A stretch of 64,000 nt of DNA from an uncultured Verrucomicrobiae bacterium (GTDB taxonomy: Bacteria > Verrucomicrobiota > Verrucomicrobiia > Limisphaerales > Palsa-1400). A program made the position numbers and the translations under genes. The notes beneath the pieces are model-generated. The model was not told the DNA's origin, searched no databases, and saw only the letters and a program-made list of their open reading frames with translations. Shown piece by piece: positions 49,446 to 58,928 of the stretch (within the stretch, counting starts at the first letter, position 1; each line of letters opens with the position of its first letter). The stretch lies in NCBI GenBank assembly GCA_963764165.1, contig CAVXRD010000002.1:1888001-1952000 (forward strand), written 5' to 3'.

Positions 49446-50953
49446 TGGGAGAGCTTGGCTGCCTCATCGCGTTCGCGTTCGGCAATGTATTTGCGCGTGG
49501 CAGCGGGAAGTTGATTCCACATCGAAACGGCAAAGATCGTTCCCAGCACCGCAAACGGCAGCAGAAAGACCGGCCACCAATACCAGCGATTAATGGTGGG
49601 AAAAGTTTCGGGACTTGTCAGATAACCGGCGGCGAAAGATTGGATGCTGACGCCAAGATAAACGAATCCATCGGCGATTCCCGAGCAGGTGGCGGTCGCC
49701 TTGCGCCCGCCAAAATCCGGCGCCGCCGTTCCCGCCATGATCGAATGCACGCCGATGACGAACAGGGTGATCAGCACCGCCGACCAGCCGACGATCAGCG
49801 GCGCTTTGAAAAGGAACAGCGCGATGGCTCCCGCCAGGACAAACATGATGGCCGAGCAAATGGCCGCAGGCGGACCGCGGCGGGATTGGAAAAATTTATC
49901 GGACATCCAGCCGCCCAAAAAGCCGCCCACAATTCCGAATACGCACACCAGCAACCCCCAATTTTTTGTGATGAAAACCGATTGCGGCTGGTTCATTTCC
50001 TTCGCGAATATCGGATACCAGGTCATGATCCCATTGCGCAGCACGCCGACCGTCACGCCGATGGCCGCCACTGTCAACATAAGTTTGCTGGCGAAGACTT
50101 TCTTAAGCAGATCCATCGTTGTCAGTTCCTCATCCATGTGGCCGCTCGAGGCATCGGCGGTGTCGAACGGAGGAAACCCGGCTTCCTCCGGCGTGTCTTT
50201 GATAATCAATAGATCGATGAGCGCCCATGCCATGAGCACCGCGGCAGGCAGATAAAACACCACCCACAGCGCGTTTGCAGCGCCGTCCCTCGGCGCGAAA
50301 ACCGAGAGCAGGAGATGATGGAACCAACCGATCTCTCCCGTCCTGTTCGCCGTCACCATCTCAACCAGCGCGTGATTCCAATCGAACGCAAAATAGACAC
50401 CCAGAGAAATGAGCGTTCCGAAAATCGCGCCGAAAACCCCGCGTTCCCGGACATGGAACCAATACGCCTTCACCTTGATGATGGAAACGGCGCCGAAACT
50501 TTGGAAATACATGTTCAACCCGTAGAGAATTGAGAAGGCCGTCCGCAAAGGAATGTGCGCGCGGTGCGTTAACATCAGATACGTCAAGTAGCCGACGGCA
50601 ACATTGGCGAGGCTTGAGCCGATGGCGCCGATGAGCATTCCATTCTTGCCGCCAATTTTATCGACCAGCGGCCCGTTGATAAGAAATGAGAAGGCATAAA
50701 CAAACGTCCCTACGCCGAAGATGATCCCGAAATCCTGGTTGGTCATGTCCTTGCCCAGCGCGATTTTGGCCACTGTCAAATTGTAGCGCGCCATGTACAT
50801 GAACGCGTAAGTCATGCCCAAGGGGAACCAGTTGATGAAGCGCCTCGTGACAAACCGGCCACTGAGTCCAAGGGGATTATTTTGGAAATAAATGAAGATG
50901 ACCGTGGCGATGCAGCCCAGGACAATCAGCGAGGAAATGAGCGTGTCGGACAT
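49442..50953 (-). CDS. MFS transporter, organophosphate:Pi antiporter (GlpT/UhpT)-like
   Basis: YMARYNL, FQSFG, WFHVRERG, DTPEEAGF, SDKFFQSRRGP, DFGGRKA. Confidence 0.85.
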   Translation of the reverse strand: MSDTLISSLIVLGCIATVIFIYFQNNPLGLSGRFVTRRFINWFPLGMTYAFMYMARYNLTVAKIALGKDMTNQDFGIIFGVGTFVYAFSFLINGPLVDKIGGKNGMLIGAIGSSLANVAVGYLTYLMLTHRAHIPLRTAFSILYGLNMYFQSFGAVSIIKVKAYWFHVRERGVFGAIFGTLISLGVYFAFDWNHALVEMVTANRTGEIGWFHHLLLSVFAPRDGAANALWVVFYLPAAVLMAWALIDLLIIKDTPEEAGFPPFDTADASSGHMDEELTTMDLLKKVFASKLMLTVAAIGVTVGVLRNGIMTWYPIFAKEMNQPQSVFITKNWGLLVCVFGIVGGFLGGWMSDKFFQSRRGPPAAICSAIMFVLAGAIALFLFKAPLIVGWSAVLITLFVIGVHSIMAGTAAPDFGGRKATATCSGIADGFVYLGVSIQSFAAGYLTSPETFPTINRWYWWPVFLLPFAVLGTIFAVSMWNQLPAATRKYIAERERDEAAKLSQ

Positions 50954-50978
50954 GGCGTGGCGGCGTCAGTTCGGTTCG

Positions 50979-52010
50979 CTACAACGTATTCAAGACATTG
51001 ATCAGATGGCGCAGCCGGCCGTAATCCTTGCGGTTGAAACCGAAGGCAATCCGCTGCAAGGAAAGTGTCGAAGGCTCATCCTGCTCTTCCGGCGAGGGGC
51101 CGACGGTCCGGATTTTTTCCCCGGTGATGATGTCCTCGAAATCTTCATTCAGCGCCTCGATGGCCGATGGTGTCGGCGCATTTTTGAGGCGGATCACCAA
51201 TTCTTCCGCAATCGAGCGCATCGAATGATAATTGCGGTAAAAGCGCGCAATATGTTTGACGGCATCCTCGACGCTTTCAGTGACATGATACAAATTCAAA
51301 TCCGGCGGGCTGATTAAATTGGAGCGCAGCAAGTGCTCGCGCATGTGTTTGTCCCACGTCCTCCAATAAGCCGAGCCGGGCGGATTGATGAGCACCAGCG
51401 GGCGCAGGCGCGTCTTGCCTGTCTGCATCAGGGTGAGCGCTTCGTAGCCTTCATCCATCGTGCCGAAGCCGCCGGGAAAAAGGGTGATGGCATCGGCATG
51501 GCGCACGAAGGTGAGCTTCCGGGTGAAGAAATATTTGAAAGTGATCAGCTTCTTGTCGCCGAACATGATCGGGTTGGTGCCTTCTTCCCACGGCAGGCGA
51601 ATGCTCGCGCCAAAACTGTTTTCCAAACCCGCGCCTTCGTGTCCGGCGCGCATGATTCCGGGGCCGGCCCCGGTGATCACCATCCAGCCGGATGCCGCCA
51701 TTTGCCTCCCAAATTCCACCGCCTGCTTGTATTCGGGCTCATCAAATTTTGTGCGGGCCGAGCCGAAGATGGTGACTTTGCGTTTCTCCGCGTACGGCTT
51801 GAACAGCCGGAACGCGTATCGCAATTCGCGAACCGCCGTGCGAATCAGCCGCACGTCGCCGCGATCCTCCACGTCGGTCAGCAATTTCAGCGCGTTGACA
51901 ATGATGTCGGCGACGAGATCGGGATTGTGCGTGCCGCCTTTGTAAATGATCAGTTCCTGGATGCGCCTCTGCAATTCAGGATCGATGGGGGATTTGAGTC
52001 TTCTTTCCAT
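50979..52010 (-). CDS. LOG family (TIGR00730-like) nucleotide phosphoribohydrolase, extended form
   Basis: VTIFGSART, ITGAGPGIM, KYFFTRK, PGGFGTMDE. Confidence 0.9.
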   Translation of the reverse strand: MERRLKSPIDPELQRRIQELIIYKGGTHNPDLVADIIVNALKLLTDVEDRGDVRLIRTAVRELRYAFRLFKPYAEKRKVTIFGSARTKFDEPEYKQAVEFGRQMAASGWMVITGAGPGIMRAGHEGAGLENSFGASIRLPWEEGTNPIMFGDKKLITFKYFFTRKLTFVRHADAITLFPGGFGTMDEGYEALTLMQTGKTRLRPLVLINPPGSAYWRTWDKHMREHLLRSNLISPPDLNLYHVTESVEDAVKHIARFYRNYHSMRSIAEELVIRLKNAPTPSAIEALNEDFEDIITGEKIRTVGPSPEEQDEPSTLSLQRIAFGFNRKDYGRLRHLINVLNTL

Positions 52011-52027
52011 TGCTGAAGGACGGGTCT

Positions 52028-52465
52028 TCAGACGCCGATGTCCTCATTCCACAACTGCGGATTCTTGGCGATGAAATCGCGCATGATTTGAATGCATTCG
52101 GGATCCTGCAAGACATCGACCTTGATGCCGTTGGCGCGCAGATGGTCTTCGCCGCCCATGAATGTCACGTTCTCACCGACGATCACGTGCGGGATTGAAT
52201 AAAGGAGAATGGCGCCGCTGCACATCGGGCAGGGCGAAAGCGTGGTGTAAATCGTGCATTTCTTGTAGACGGCGGCGGTCTTTCGCCCAGCGTTTTCCAG
52301 GCAATTCATCTCGCCATGATGGATGACGCTGCCTTTTTGGACGCGCTGGTTGTGGCCGCGCCCGATGATTTTGCCTTCGTAAACCAGGACGGAGCCGATG
52401 GGAATGCCGCCCTCAGCCAACCCTGCCTTGGCTTCGTCGATGGCTGCTTTTAGAAATGGATCCAT
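52028..52465 (-). CDS. Cytosine/nucleoside deaminase (fungal FCY1-like)
   Basis: EGGIPIGSVL, GHNQRVQ, HGE, TLSPCPMC, LWNEDIG. Confidence 0.92.
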   Translation of the reverse strand: MDPFLKAAIDEAKAGLAEGGIPIGSVLVYEGKIIGRGHNQRVQKGSVIHHGEMNCLENAGRKTAAVYKKCTIYTTLSPCPMCSGAILLYSIPHVIVGENVTFMGGEDHLRANGIKVDVLQDPECIQIMRDFIAKNPQLWNEDIGV

Positions 52466-52560
52466 GCATTCAGAGGCGCGCCTCGCCAATTTCCGCTGGC
52501 ATAAGCGTGACCATCCGCCTAGAATGCCGCAACGCTGACAAATTGGAAGCCAAAGTTGTA

Positions 52561-52643
52561 AGGTAGGGACGCCTCGCCGAGGCGTCCGCTTTGAGGCGTG
52601 GTTCATGCGCAAGCCCGGACGCCTCGGCGAGGCGTCCCTACCT
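52561..52643. repeat. REP doublet in the divergent promoter region
   Basis: AGGTAGGGACGCCTCGCCGAGGCGTCC...GGACGCCTCGGCGAGGCGTCCCTACCT. Confidence 0.9.
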
Positions 52644-52661
52644 CAACAAAAAAATAAACCT

Positions 52662-53795
52662 ATGCCATCTCTTGCCACAACCGTTGACGGGCTGAAAATG
52701 CCGAACCCCTTCGTCATCGGCTCCGGGCCACCCGGGACCAACCTGAACGTCATTGCCAAAGCCTTCAAGGAAGGCTGGGGCGCGGTCATCGCCAAGACCA
52801 TCAGCCTCGACGCTTCCAAAGTCATCAACGTCACCCCCCGTTACGCGAAACTGCACAGCAAAGCCGGTGACGAAGTTGTTGGCTGGGAAAACATCGAACT
52901 CATCAGCGACCGCCCCTTCAAAATCTGGCTCGATGAATTCAAGAAGTGCAAAGACATGTTCCCCGAAGGCGTTCTTATCGCCTCGATCATGGAGGAATAC
53001 AACAAGGACGCGTGGGTTGAAATTGTCGAGCGCTGCCAGGACGTCGGCGTGGATGGATTTGAATTGAATTTTTCGTGTCCGCACGGATTGCCCGAGCGCA
53101 AAATGGGCGCGGCCATGGGGCAGGATTGCGAGATCCTGGAAGAAGTTTGCGGCTGGGTCATGGGCGCGGCCAAAAAGCCCGTCTGGGCCAAGATGACGCC
53201 AAACGTCACGCACATCGAAGAGCCGAGCCGCGCGGCCTTGAAGGCCGGATGCCAGGGCATCAGCGCGATCAACACGATTCGCTGCGTGATGGGAATTAAC
53301 CTCGACACCTTGCGGCCCGAGCCGAGCGTGGAAGGCTACAGCACACCGGGTGGCTATTCGTGCAAAGCTGTCCGCCCCATTGCGCTCCGCATGGTGATGG
53401 AAATCGCGACGATGACCGCGAAGGAATTTCCCGGCCGCTCGCTCTCGGGCATCGGCGGCGTCGAGTCTGGCACGGACGCGGCGCAATTCATACTTGTCGG
53501 CGCGGACACGGTGCAAGTTTGCACCGGCGTCATGAAGGAAGGATACGAGTGCGTCAAGCCGATGCAGGACGAACTGCTGGCCTTCATGGACAAGCATAAA
53601 TTCAACACGCTGGCTGATTTCAAAGGCAAAAGCCTCCCGTATTTCACGACCCATTTCGGTCTCGTCCAGAAACAAGCCCAGCGCAAAGCCGCCCAAAAAG
53701 CCGCCGCCGCCACGCCGAAAAAAGTGGTTGGGTCCGATGCGGAATGGAGTGGAGACTCGTTTGTGCAGCAGTCGGATGCGTTATCGAAAAGTTAA
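52662..53795 (+). CDS. preA: Dihydropyrimidine dehydrogenase FMN subunit (PreA; plant PYD1-like)
   Basis: NPFVIGSGPP, NIELISDRP, NFSCPHG..ERKMG, AKMTPN, AINT, SGIGG, VQVCT; no C-terminal CxxCxxC. Confidence 0.93.
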   Translation: MPSLATTVDGLKMPNPFVIGSGPPGTNLNVIAKAFKEGWGAVIAKTISLDASKVINVTPRYAKLHSKAGDEVVGWENIELISDRPFKIWLDEFKKCKDMFPEGVLIASIMEEYNKDAWVEIVERCQDVGVDGFELNFSCPHGLPERKMGAAMGQDCEILEEVCGWVMGAAKKPVWAKMTPNVTHIEEPSRAALKAGCQGISAINTIRCVMGINLDTLRPEPSVEGYSTPGGYSCKAVRPIALRMVMEIATMTAKEFPGRSLSGIGGVESGTDAAQFILVGADTVQVCTGVMKEGYECVKPMQDELLAFMDKHKFNTLADFKGKSLPYFTTHFGLVQKQAQRKAAQKAAAATPKKVVGSDAEWSGDSFVQQSDALSKS

Positions 53796-53981
53796 GTCCC
53801 AGCTTCGGCAGAGTATTCGAGGCAAGCCTTGATGTCGTCTGGTTCCAGATACGGAAAGTCCTGAAGGATTTCTTGTTCGCTCGCGCCAGCGGCGAGAAGA
53901 CCCATCACATCTATAACGCGGATGCACATTCCCCGAATGCAAGGGCGTCCGCCGCATTGTGATTCGTTCAGCAAGCTTCAT
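53792..53981 (-). pseudogene. DUF433 antitoxin, frameshifted
   Basis: MKLAERIT in one frame, QCGGRPCIRG..FPYLEPDDIKACLEY in another. Confidence 0.8.
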
Positions 53982-54349
53982 ATCACCTTAAATCCTTGGC
54001 TACTCTTACAAAAATCTCGGAATCGCACCAGCCAATCGTACGATGCTGAATAATGTCGATCCCAATCGCCGTCCGAAAAATCTGGCGGTCCCTTTGGTTC
54101 TCGCGTGACTTCACCATCGAGCCGCACCCTGCCATCCTTCGGAAACTTTGACAGACATACATCCAAGAAATTCGCTATTTTGTCGGCCTCGGCCGATGAT
54201 ACCTCGGCGCCAACGCCATTGAGCTGCAACAATTTGAAGCGAGTGTCATCCAGCTGCAATGCGTTTCGTACCAAGAGCATTGTTGGGCGCCAGTGCCAGA
54301 TATTAATCTGCACATCTGCACCGGTTGACGCTTGAAGAATAAAGCTCAT
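53978..54349 (-). CDS. Hypothetical protein
   Basis: 123-aa ORF with ATGA overlap to the DUF433 start. Confidence 0.7.
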   Translation of the reverse strand: MSFILQASTGADVQINIWHWRPTMLLVRNALQLDDTRFKLLQLNGVGAEVSSAEADKIANFLDVCLSKFPKDGRVRLDGEVTREPKGPPDFSDGDWDRHYSASYDWLVRFRDFCKSSQGFKVI

Positions 54350-54418
54350 CGCAGTCTTTCTTAGCTTTCAAATTAGATCAAGAATCAATCGAGGCAACCC
54401 ATGATGAAGTTGCCCCTG

Positions 54419-54489
54419 AGCGCCGTAGGCGCGGCACCGTTGTAGAAAAATATAAAAAGATATCTTTCAAGCTCCGTCAGGAGCGGCAC
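54419..54489. repeat. Left REP-type repeat of tnpA
   Basis: AGCGCCGTAGGCGCGGCACCGTTGTAG...TTCAAGCTCCGTCAGGAGCGGCAC. Confidence 0.85.
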
Positions 54490-54497
54490 AGGCGCAA

Positions 54498-54962
54498 TCA
54501 TTCATCGGTTGCTTTGAATACATATCGCGGGTCGTAGGGAACGGCAAACTTTTCCAACAACTCGAGGTATTCCTCACGAAATGATTTTTTGGCGTGGTGC
54601 TTCTGCTGGTTGTCAATATAATGAATTACAGCGTTGAGTTGCGAACGCGAATACGAAAAGGCTCCAAATCCTTCCTGCCATGAAAAACGTCCGGCCACCC
54701 ATTTCAGCTCATTAATGAATTTTGACGAGTTGGCCTTAATGTCTCGAACCAGATCGGAAAGCGACTGGTCGGGCAGCAACCCGATGAGCAGATGCATATG
54801 ATCCGGCATATTGTTAATCGCAATCAATTTATGTTTATGCGAGGAGACAATGCCCGTGATGTATTTTTGGAGTCTGTCGTTATGCCGTGGATCAATGAGG
54901 TTTTGGCGGCCTTCAACGGCAAATACAACGTGAATGTAAATTTGGGTGTAGGTGTTCGCCAT
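54498..54962 (-). CDS. tnpA: IS200/IS605 family HUH (Y1) transposase, REP-associated type
   Basis: MANTYTQIYIHVVF, MPDHMHLL, IKANSS, WQEGFGAFS, YIDNQQKHH. Confidence 0.95.
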   Translation of the reverse strand: MANTYTQIYIHVVFAVEGRQNLIDPRHNDRLQKYITGIVSSHKHKLIAINNMPDHMHLLIGLLPDQSLSDLVRDIKANSSKFINELKWVAGRFSWQEGFGAFSYSRSQLNAVIHYIDNQQKHHAKKSFREEYLELLEKFAVPYDPRYVFKATDE

Positions 54963-54971
54963 GCTCAGAAA

Positions 54972-55040
54972 GTGCCGCTCCTAACGGAGCTTGAAAATCT
55001 TTTTTAGCCGTTACTACAACGGTGCCGCGCCTACGGCGCT
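54972..55040. repeat. Right REP-type repeat of tnpA (inverted)
   Basis: Reverse complement of 54419-54489 apart from the spacer. Confidence 0.85.
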
Positions 55041-55151
55041 TCGGCGGTTTCGAGAATTTCCCGCGCGCCCGCCCAAAGGATTTTCTTTTCCTTTCCACAC
55101 AACTCGCTACAATTTTCACCTTTCCGTTCCAAACGGCCGAAATCTGAAGAA

Positions 55152-56633
55152 ATGAATACCTGTCCGGTTTTTATCGGCGGAGAGTGGCGCACTCTCACCG
55201 ACGTTGCCACGACGCCAGTCCACAATCCGTCGACCGGCGACGTGATTGCCCAGGCGCCGTTGTGCACTGCGAAGCATGTTGACGAAGCGGTCGAAGCGGC
55301 GGCGGCGGCTTTTCCTGGCTGGTGGGAAACTCCGGCAGTCGAGCGGGCGCGGATTTTCTTCCGGTTCAAGGCGCTGCTCGAACAGCATTTCGAGGAACTC
55401 ATCCGCCTCAATACCCGCGAACACGGCAAGACCCTCGCTGAATCGCGCGGGGATGTGAAGCGCGGCTTGGAAATGGTCGAGTTCGCCTGCGGCATCCCGT
55501 CGCTGCTGATGGGGGAGAGCATGGAGAATGTCGCGCGCGGCATTGACTGCGATACGATTCGCCAGCCGCTAGGCGTTTGCGCGGGCATCACGCCCTTCAA
55601 TTTTCCGGCGATGGTTCCATTGTGGATGTATCCGGTGGCCCTCGTTTGCGGAAACACGTTCGTTCTCAAGCCCAGCGAAAAGGTTCCGCTGACCGCCATC
55701 CGCATTGTCCAACTTCTGGCGGAATCGGGATTGCCGAACGGCGTGATCAATATTGTTCACGGCGGACGCGAAGTCGTGGACGCCATTTTGACCCATCCAA
55801 AAATCAAGGCGATTTCTTTTGTCGGCTCCACGCCTGTGGCGCGGCATGTTTTTGAAGTTGGCACGCGGCATGGCAAACGAGTTCAATCCAACGGCGGCGC
55901 GAAGAATTTCGTTTTCATCATGCCGGACGCGGATGTCGAAAATTCGACCCGCGGCGTAATCGAGGCCGCTTACGGCTGCGCCGGAGAACGCTGCATGGCA
56001 GGTTCGACGGCGGTTATCATTGGCGACGCTTCGAAGAATGTTTTGCCGTCCATTCTCGAAGCCGCCCGCGCCATTCAAGTCGGCCCGACCGACCGCGAAC
56101 AGCAACCGCATATGGGCCCAGTGATCACCCGCCAGCATCGCGAGCGCGTGGAGCAATTGATCGAAGCGGGCGCGAACGAAGGCGCTAATGTGGCCGTCGA
56201 CGGCCGCCCGGTGAAAGTGCCTGGCGAACCCAACGGCTTCTTCATCGGCGCCACCGTGCTTGACAATGTGCAAGGCGGGATGACCGTCGCGAAGGAGGAA
56301 ATTTTCGGCCCGGTTCTAAACGTCATGCGCTTCGAGCAGCTTGACGCGGCCATTGAAACAGCGAACCGCTGCCCCTATGGAAACGGCGCTTCCATCTTCA
56401 CGCGGTCCGGCAAGGCGGCGCGGGAGTTCAAACATCGCATCAAGGCGGGAATGGTTGGCATCAACATCGGCGTGCCCGCTTCGATGGCGTGGTTCCCGTT
56501 CAATGGATGGGACGAATCGTTTTTTGGCGATTTGCATATGCAAGGCCGCGAGGGCGTCCAATTTTTCACCCAGCAGAAAGTCACCACCACCCGCTGGTTC
56601 AGCTATGGGGAAGGCGACATCTGGCATCGTTGA
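55152..56633 (+). CDS. mmsA: CoA-acylating (methyl)malonate-semialdehyde dehydrogenase
   Basis: ITPFNFPAMVPLWM, LKPSEKVP, FVGST, GGAKN, AGERCMA, EEIFGPV, SFFGDLH. Confidence 0.95.
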   Translation: MNTCPVFIGGEWRTLTDVATTPVHNPSTGDVIAQAPLCTAKHVDEAVEAAAAAFPGWWETPAVERARIFFRFKALLEQHFEELIRLNTREHGKTLAESRGDVKRGLEMVEFACGIPSLLMGESMENVARGIDCDTIRQPLGVCAGITPFNFPAMVPLWMYPVALVCGNTFVLKPSEKVPLTAIRIVQLLAESGLPNGVINIVHGGREVVDAILTHPKIKAISFVGSTPVARHVFEVGTRHGKRVQSNGGAKNFVFIMPDADVENSTRGVIEAAYGCAGERCMAGSTAVIIGDASKNVLPSILEAARAIQVGPTDREQQPHMGPVITRQHRERVEQLIEAGANEGANVAVDGRPVKVPGEPNGFFIGATVLDNVQGGMTVAKEEIFGPVLNVMRFEQLDAAIETANRCPYGNGASIFTRSGKAAREFKHRIKAGMVGINIGVPASMAWFPFNGWDESFFGDLHMQGREGVQFFTQQKVTTTRWFSYGEGDIWHR

Positions 56634-56645
56634 CAGGCTGCCATC

Positions 56646-57050
56646 GTGATCATCAAAGAAACAGATTCACGAGCGCGCCGGATGAGCATCGCGGTGGGGA
56701 TCGCGCTCGCGATCATGATTGCGGCGGCGCTTATTTATTGGTTCGCAACTTCAAAGGAATCCAGCGCAAAATTCAATGGCGCTGCCATCGTGGCCGCGGC
56801 CAGGGATTACACCCGGGATTTGAAATCCCGCAACCAGCCCATCCCAAAATCGGTAACGCTGGACGATTTGGTCGAGCATCATTTTCTGACGCCATCCCAA
56901 GTGGAGGCGTTTAGCGGAGCCAAGACAACCGTCATGCTCATGGCGAATATGAGCGATCCCGCTTCCATCCTGATGCATGTTCATTTCAGTGATGGGACGG
57001 AATTTGTATTGTTGACGGACGGCAATGTCCTGCAGGTGCCGAGCAAATAG
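56646..57050 (+). CDS. Membrane-anchored hypothetical protein (pilin-like)
   Basis: N-terminal TM segment, then AARDY...P...TLDDLVEHHFL. Confidence 0.65.
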   Translation: MIIKETDSRARRMSIAVGIALAIMIAAALIYWFATSKESSAKFNGAAIVAAARDYTRDLKSRNQPIPKSVTLDDLVEHHFLTPSQVEAFSGAKTTVMLMANMSDPASILMHVHFSDGTEFVLLTDGNVLQVPSK

Positions 57051-57082
57051 CCCGTCTGAAAAGGCCGCTGAGGCGGCCTCAT

Positions 57083-58762
57083 ATGAAACCATTTATATCG
57101 TTCCGCCCCAAACTGGCGGACACGCTCAACAATTATTCACGCGATGATTTTTCCGCCGACCTCGTGGCCGGGCTCACCGTTGGCCTTGTCGCGCTGCCGC
57201 TGGCCATGGCCTTTGCCATAGCGTCGGGCGTCAAGCCAGAGGCGGGCATTTTCACGGCGGTCATCGCGGGTTTCATCATATCGGCGCTTGGCGGCTCGCG
57301 CGTGGCCATCGGCGGGCCGACTGGCGCTTTCATCGCCATTCTCTACAACATTTGCGCCACCTATGGCGCGGATAATCTCGCCATCTGCACCATCATGGCG
57401 GGTTTCATTTTGCTGGTCATGGGCATCGCGAAACTCGGAAACACGATTAAGTTTATTCCCTACCCGGTGACGATGGGCTTCACATCAGGCATTGCGGTTC
57501 TCATCTTGACAACGCAGGTCAAGGATTTCTTCGGACTTAAGCTGGACAAGGTGCCCTCCGATTTTTTTGAGAAAATGAAGGCGCTGGCCGGGCACGCCGG
57601 AACCGCTCAATGGCAGGCCACATTGATGGCAGCGGCGTCGCTGGCGGTGATTTTGCTGTGGCCCAAGAAATGGGCGAGGCGCGTTCCTTCTCCCGTCGTT
57701 GCGCTGGTGCTGGGGACTCTTGCGGTCGCGTTGTTCAACCTCCCGGTCGAAACCATTGGCTCGCGTTTCGGAGGCATTCCGCAAACGCTGCCCAGGCCGG
57801 CTTTTCCGGCCATGTCCTGGCATCACATGCGCGAATTGGTGCAGCCGGCCACGACGATTGCGCTGCTCGCCGCCATCGAATCCCTTCTCTGCGCAGTGGT
57901 GGCGGACGGCATGATTGGGGATCGCCACAACCCGAATCAGGAATTGATGGCGCAAGGCATCGCCAATATCGCGAGCCCGCTGTTTGGCGGCATTGCGGCC
58001 ACGGGCGCGATTGCGCGCACGGCGACGAATGTTCGCTGCGGCGCGCGTTCGCCGGTGGCGGGAATGATGCACTCAATCACGCTGCTGGCCATCATCATGG
58101 TGGCGGCCCCCCTCGCGAAATTCATCCCGCTGGCGACCTTGAGCGCCGTGCTGGTGAACGTCGCGATGAACATGGGCGAATGGCACAATTTCAAGCGCCT
58201 TCCCAAATGGCCGCGCAGTGACGCCGCCGTTTTCCTGACGGCTTTTGGTTTGACAGTGGTTATCGATCTCACGGTCGCTGTTGAAATCGGCATGGTGCTG
58301 GCGGCGATTTTGTTCATCAAGCGTGTTGCAGAAACGACGCAAATAACCGCTGTGGACGAATCGACCGAGACCGAGGGATCGCATCATTCGTTGCGCGGAA
58401 AAACGGTGCCGGAAGGCGTGATGTTTTTTCGCATCTTCGGCTCGTTTTTCTTCGGCGCGGCGGACAAATTGGAGAGCGCCCTGCACCGCTTAAAGCAGGA
58501 ACCAGAGGTGCTGATTCTCGGCATGCGCAACGTCCTCGCCATGGACGCGACGGGACTGAATGCGCTGGAGGACATTTGCGAGCGCCTGGCTGGCCACGGC
58601 AAGCATCTCATCTTGAGCGGCCCGCACGCGCAGCCGCTTTTCATGATGGACAAGGCCGGTTTTCTTGACAAGCTCGGCCGCGAAAACGTCTGCGCCGATG
58701 TGGATGCTTCGTTGGCGAGATCGCTGGAGATTCTTGGGATGGGAAAAGGGAAGAGTTTTTAA
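57083..58762 (+). CDS. SulP family anion permease with STAS domain
   Basis: DLVAGLTVGLVALPLAMAFA, GGPTGAF, NQELMAQG, FFGAA, DATG. Confidence 0.95.
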   Translation: MKPFISFRPKLADTLNNYSRDDFSADLVAGLTVGLVALPLAMAFAIASGVKPEAGIFTAVIAGFIISALGGSRVAIGGPTGAFIAILYNICATYGADNLAICTIMAGFILLVMGIAKLGNTIKFIPYPVTMGFTSGIAVLILTTQVKDFFGLKLDKVPSDFFEKMKALAGHAGTAQWQATLMAAASLAVILLWPKKWARRVPSPVVALVLGTLAVALFNLPVETIGSRFGGIPQTLPRPAFPAMSWHHMRELVQPATTIALLAAIESLLCAVVADGMIGDRHNPNQELMAQGIANIASPLFGGIAATGAIARTATNVRCGARSPVAGMMHSITLLAIIMVAAPLAKFIPLATLSAVLVNVAMNMGEWHNFKRLPKWPRSDAAVFLTAFGLTVVIDLTVAVEIGMVLAAILFIKRVAETTQITAVDESTETEGSHHSLRGKTVPEGVMFFRIFGSFFFGAADKLESALHRLKQEPEVLILGMRNVLAMDATGLNALEDICERLAGHGKHLILSGPHAQPLFMMDKAGFLDKLGRENVCADVDASLARSLEILGMGKGKSF

Positions 58763-58917
58763 TCAGGAACGACCGAACTCAGGAAAAGAGGCGTACAGCA
58801 GGCAAACGGCTTGATAAGACTTATAGGACCTATAGGGCTTATTAGGCCGCGAAAAAGTGGCGCGCACGGTACCGTCCCCAAGCCTCCGTGCCTGCGTTCG
58901 GTCGTTCCTGATTAAAA
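58757..58917. repeat. Palindromic repeat family A, copy 3
   Basis: TTTTAATCAGGAACGACCGAACTCAGG...CCTGCGTTCGGTCGTTCCTGATTAAAA between convergent genes. Confidence 0.8.
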
Positions 58918-58928
58918 TAAATTTCCCC

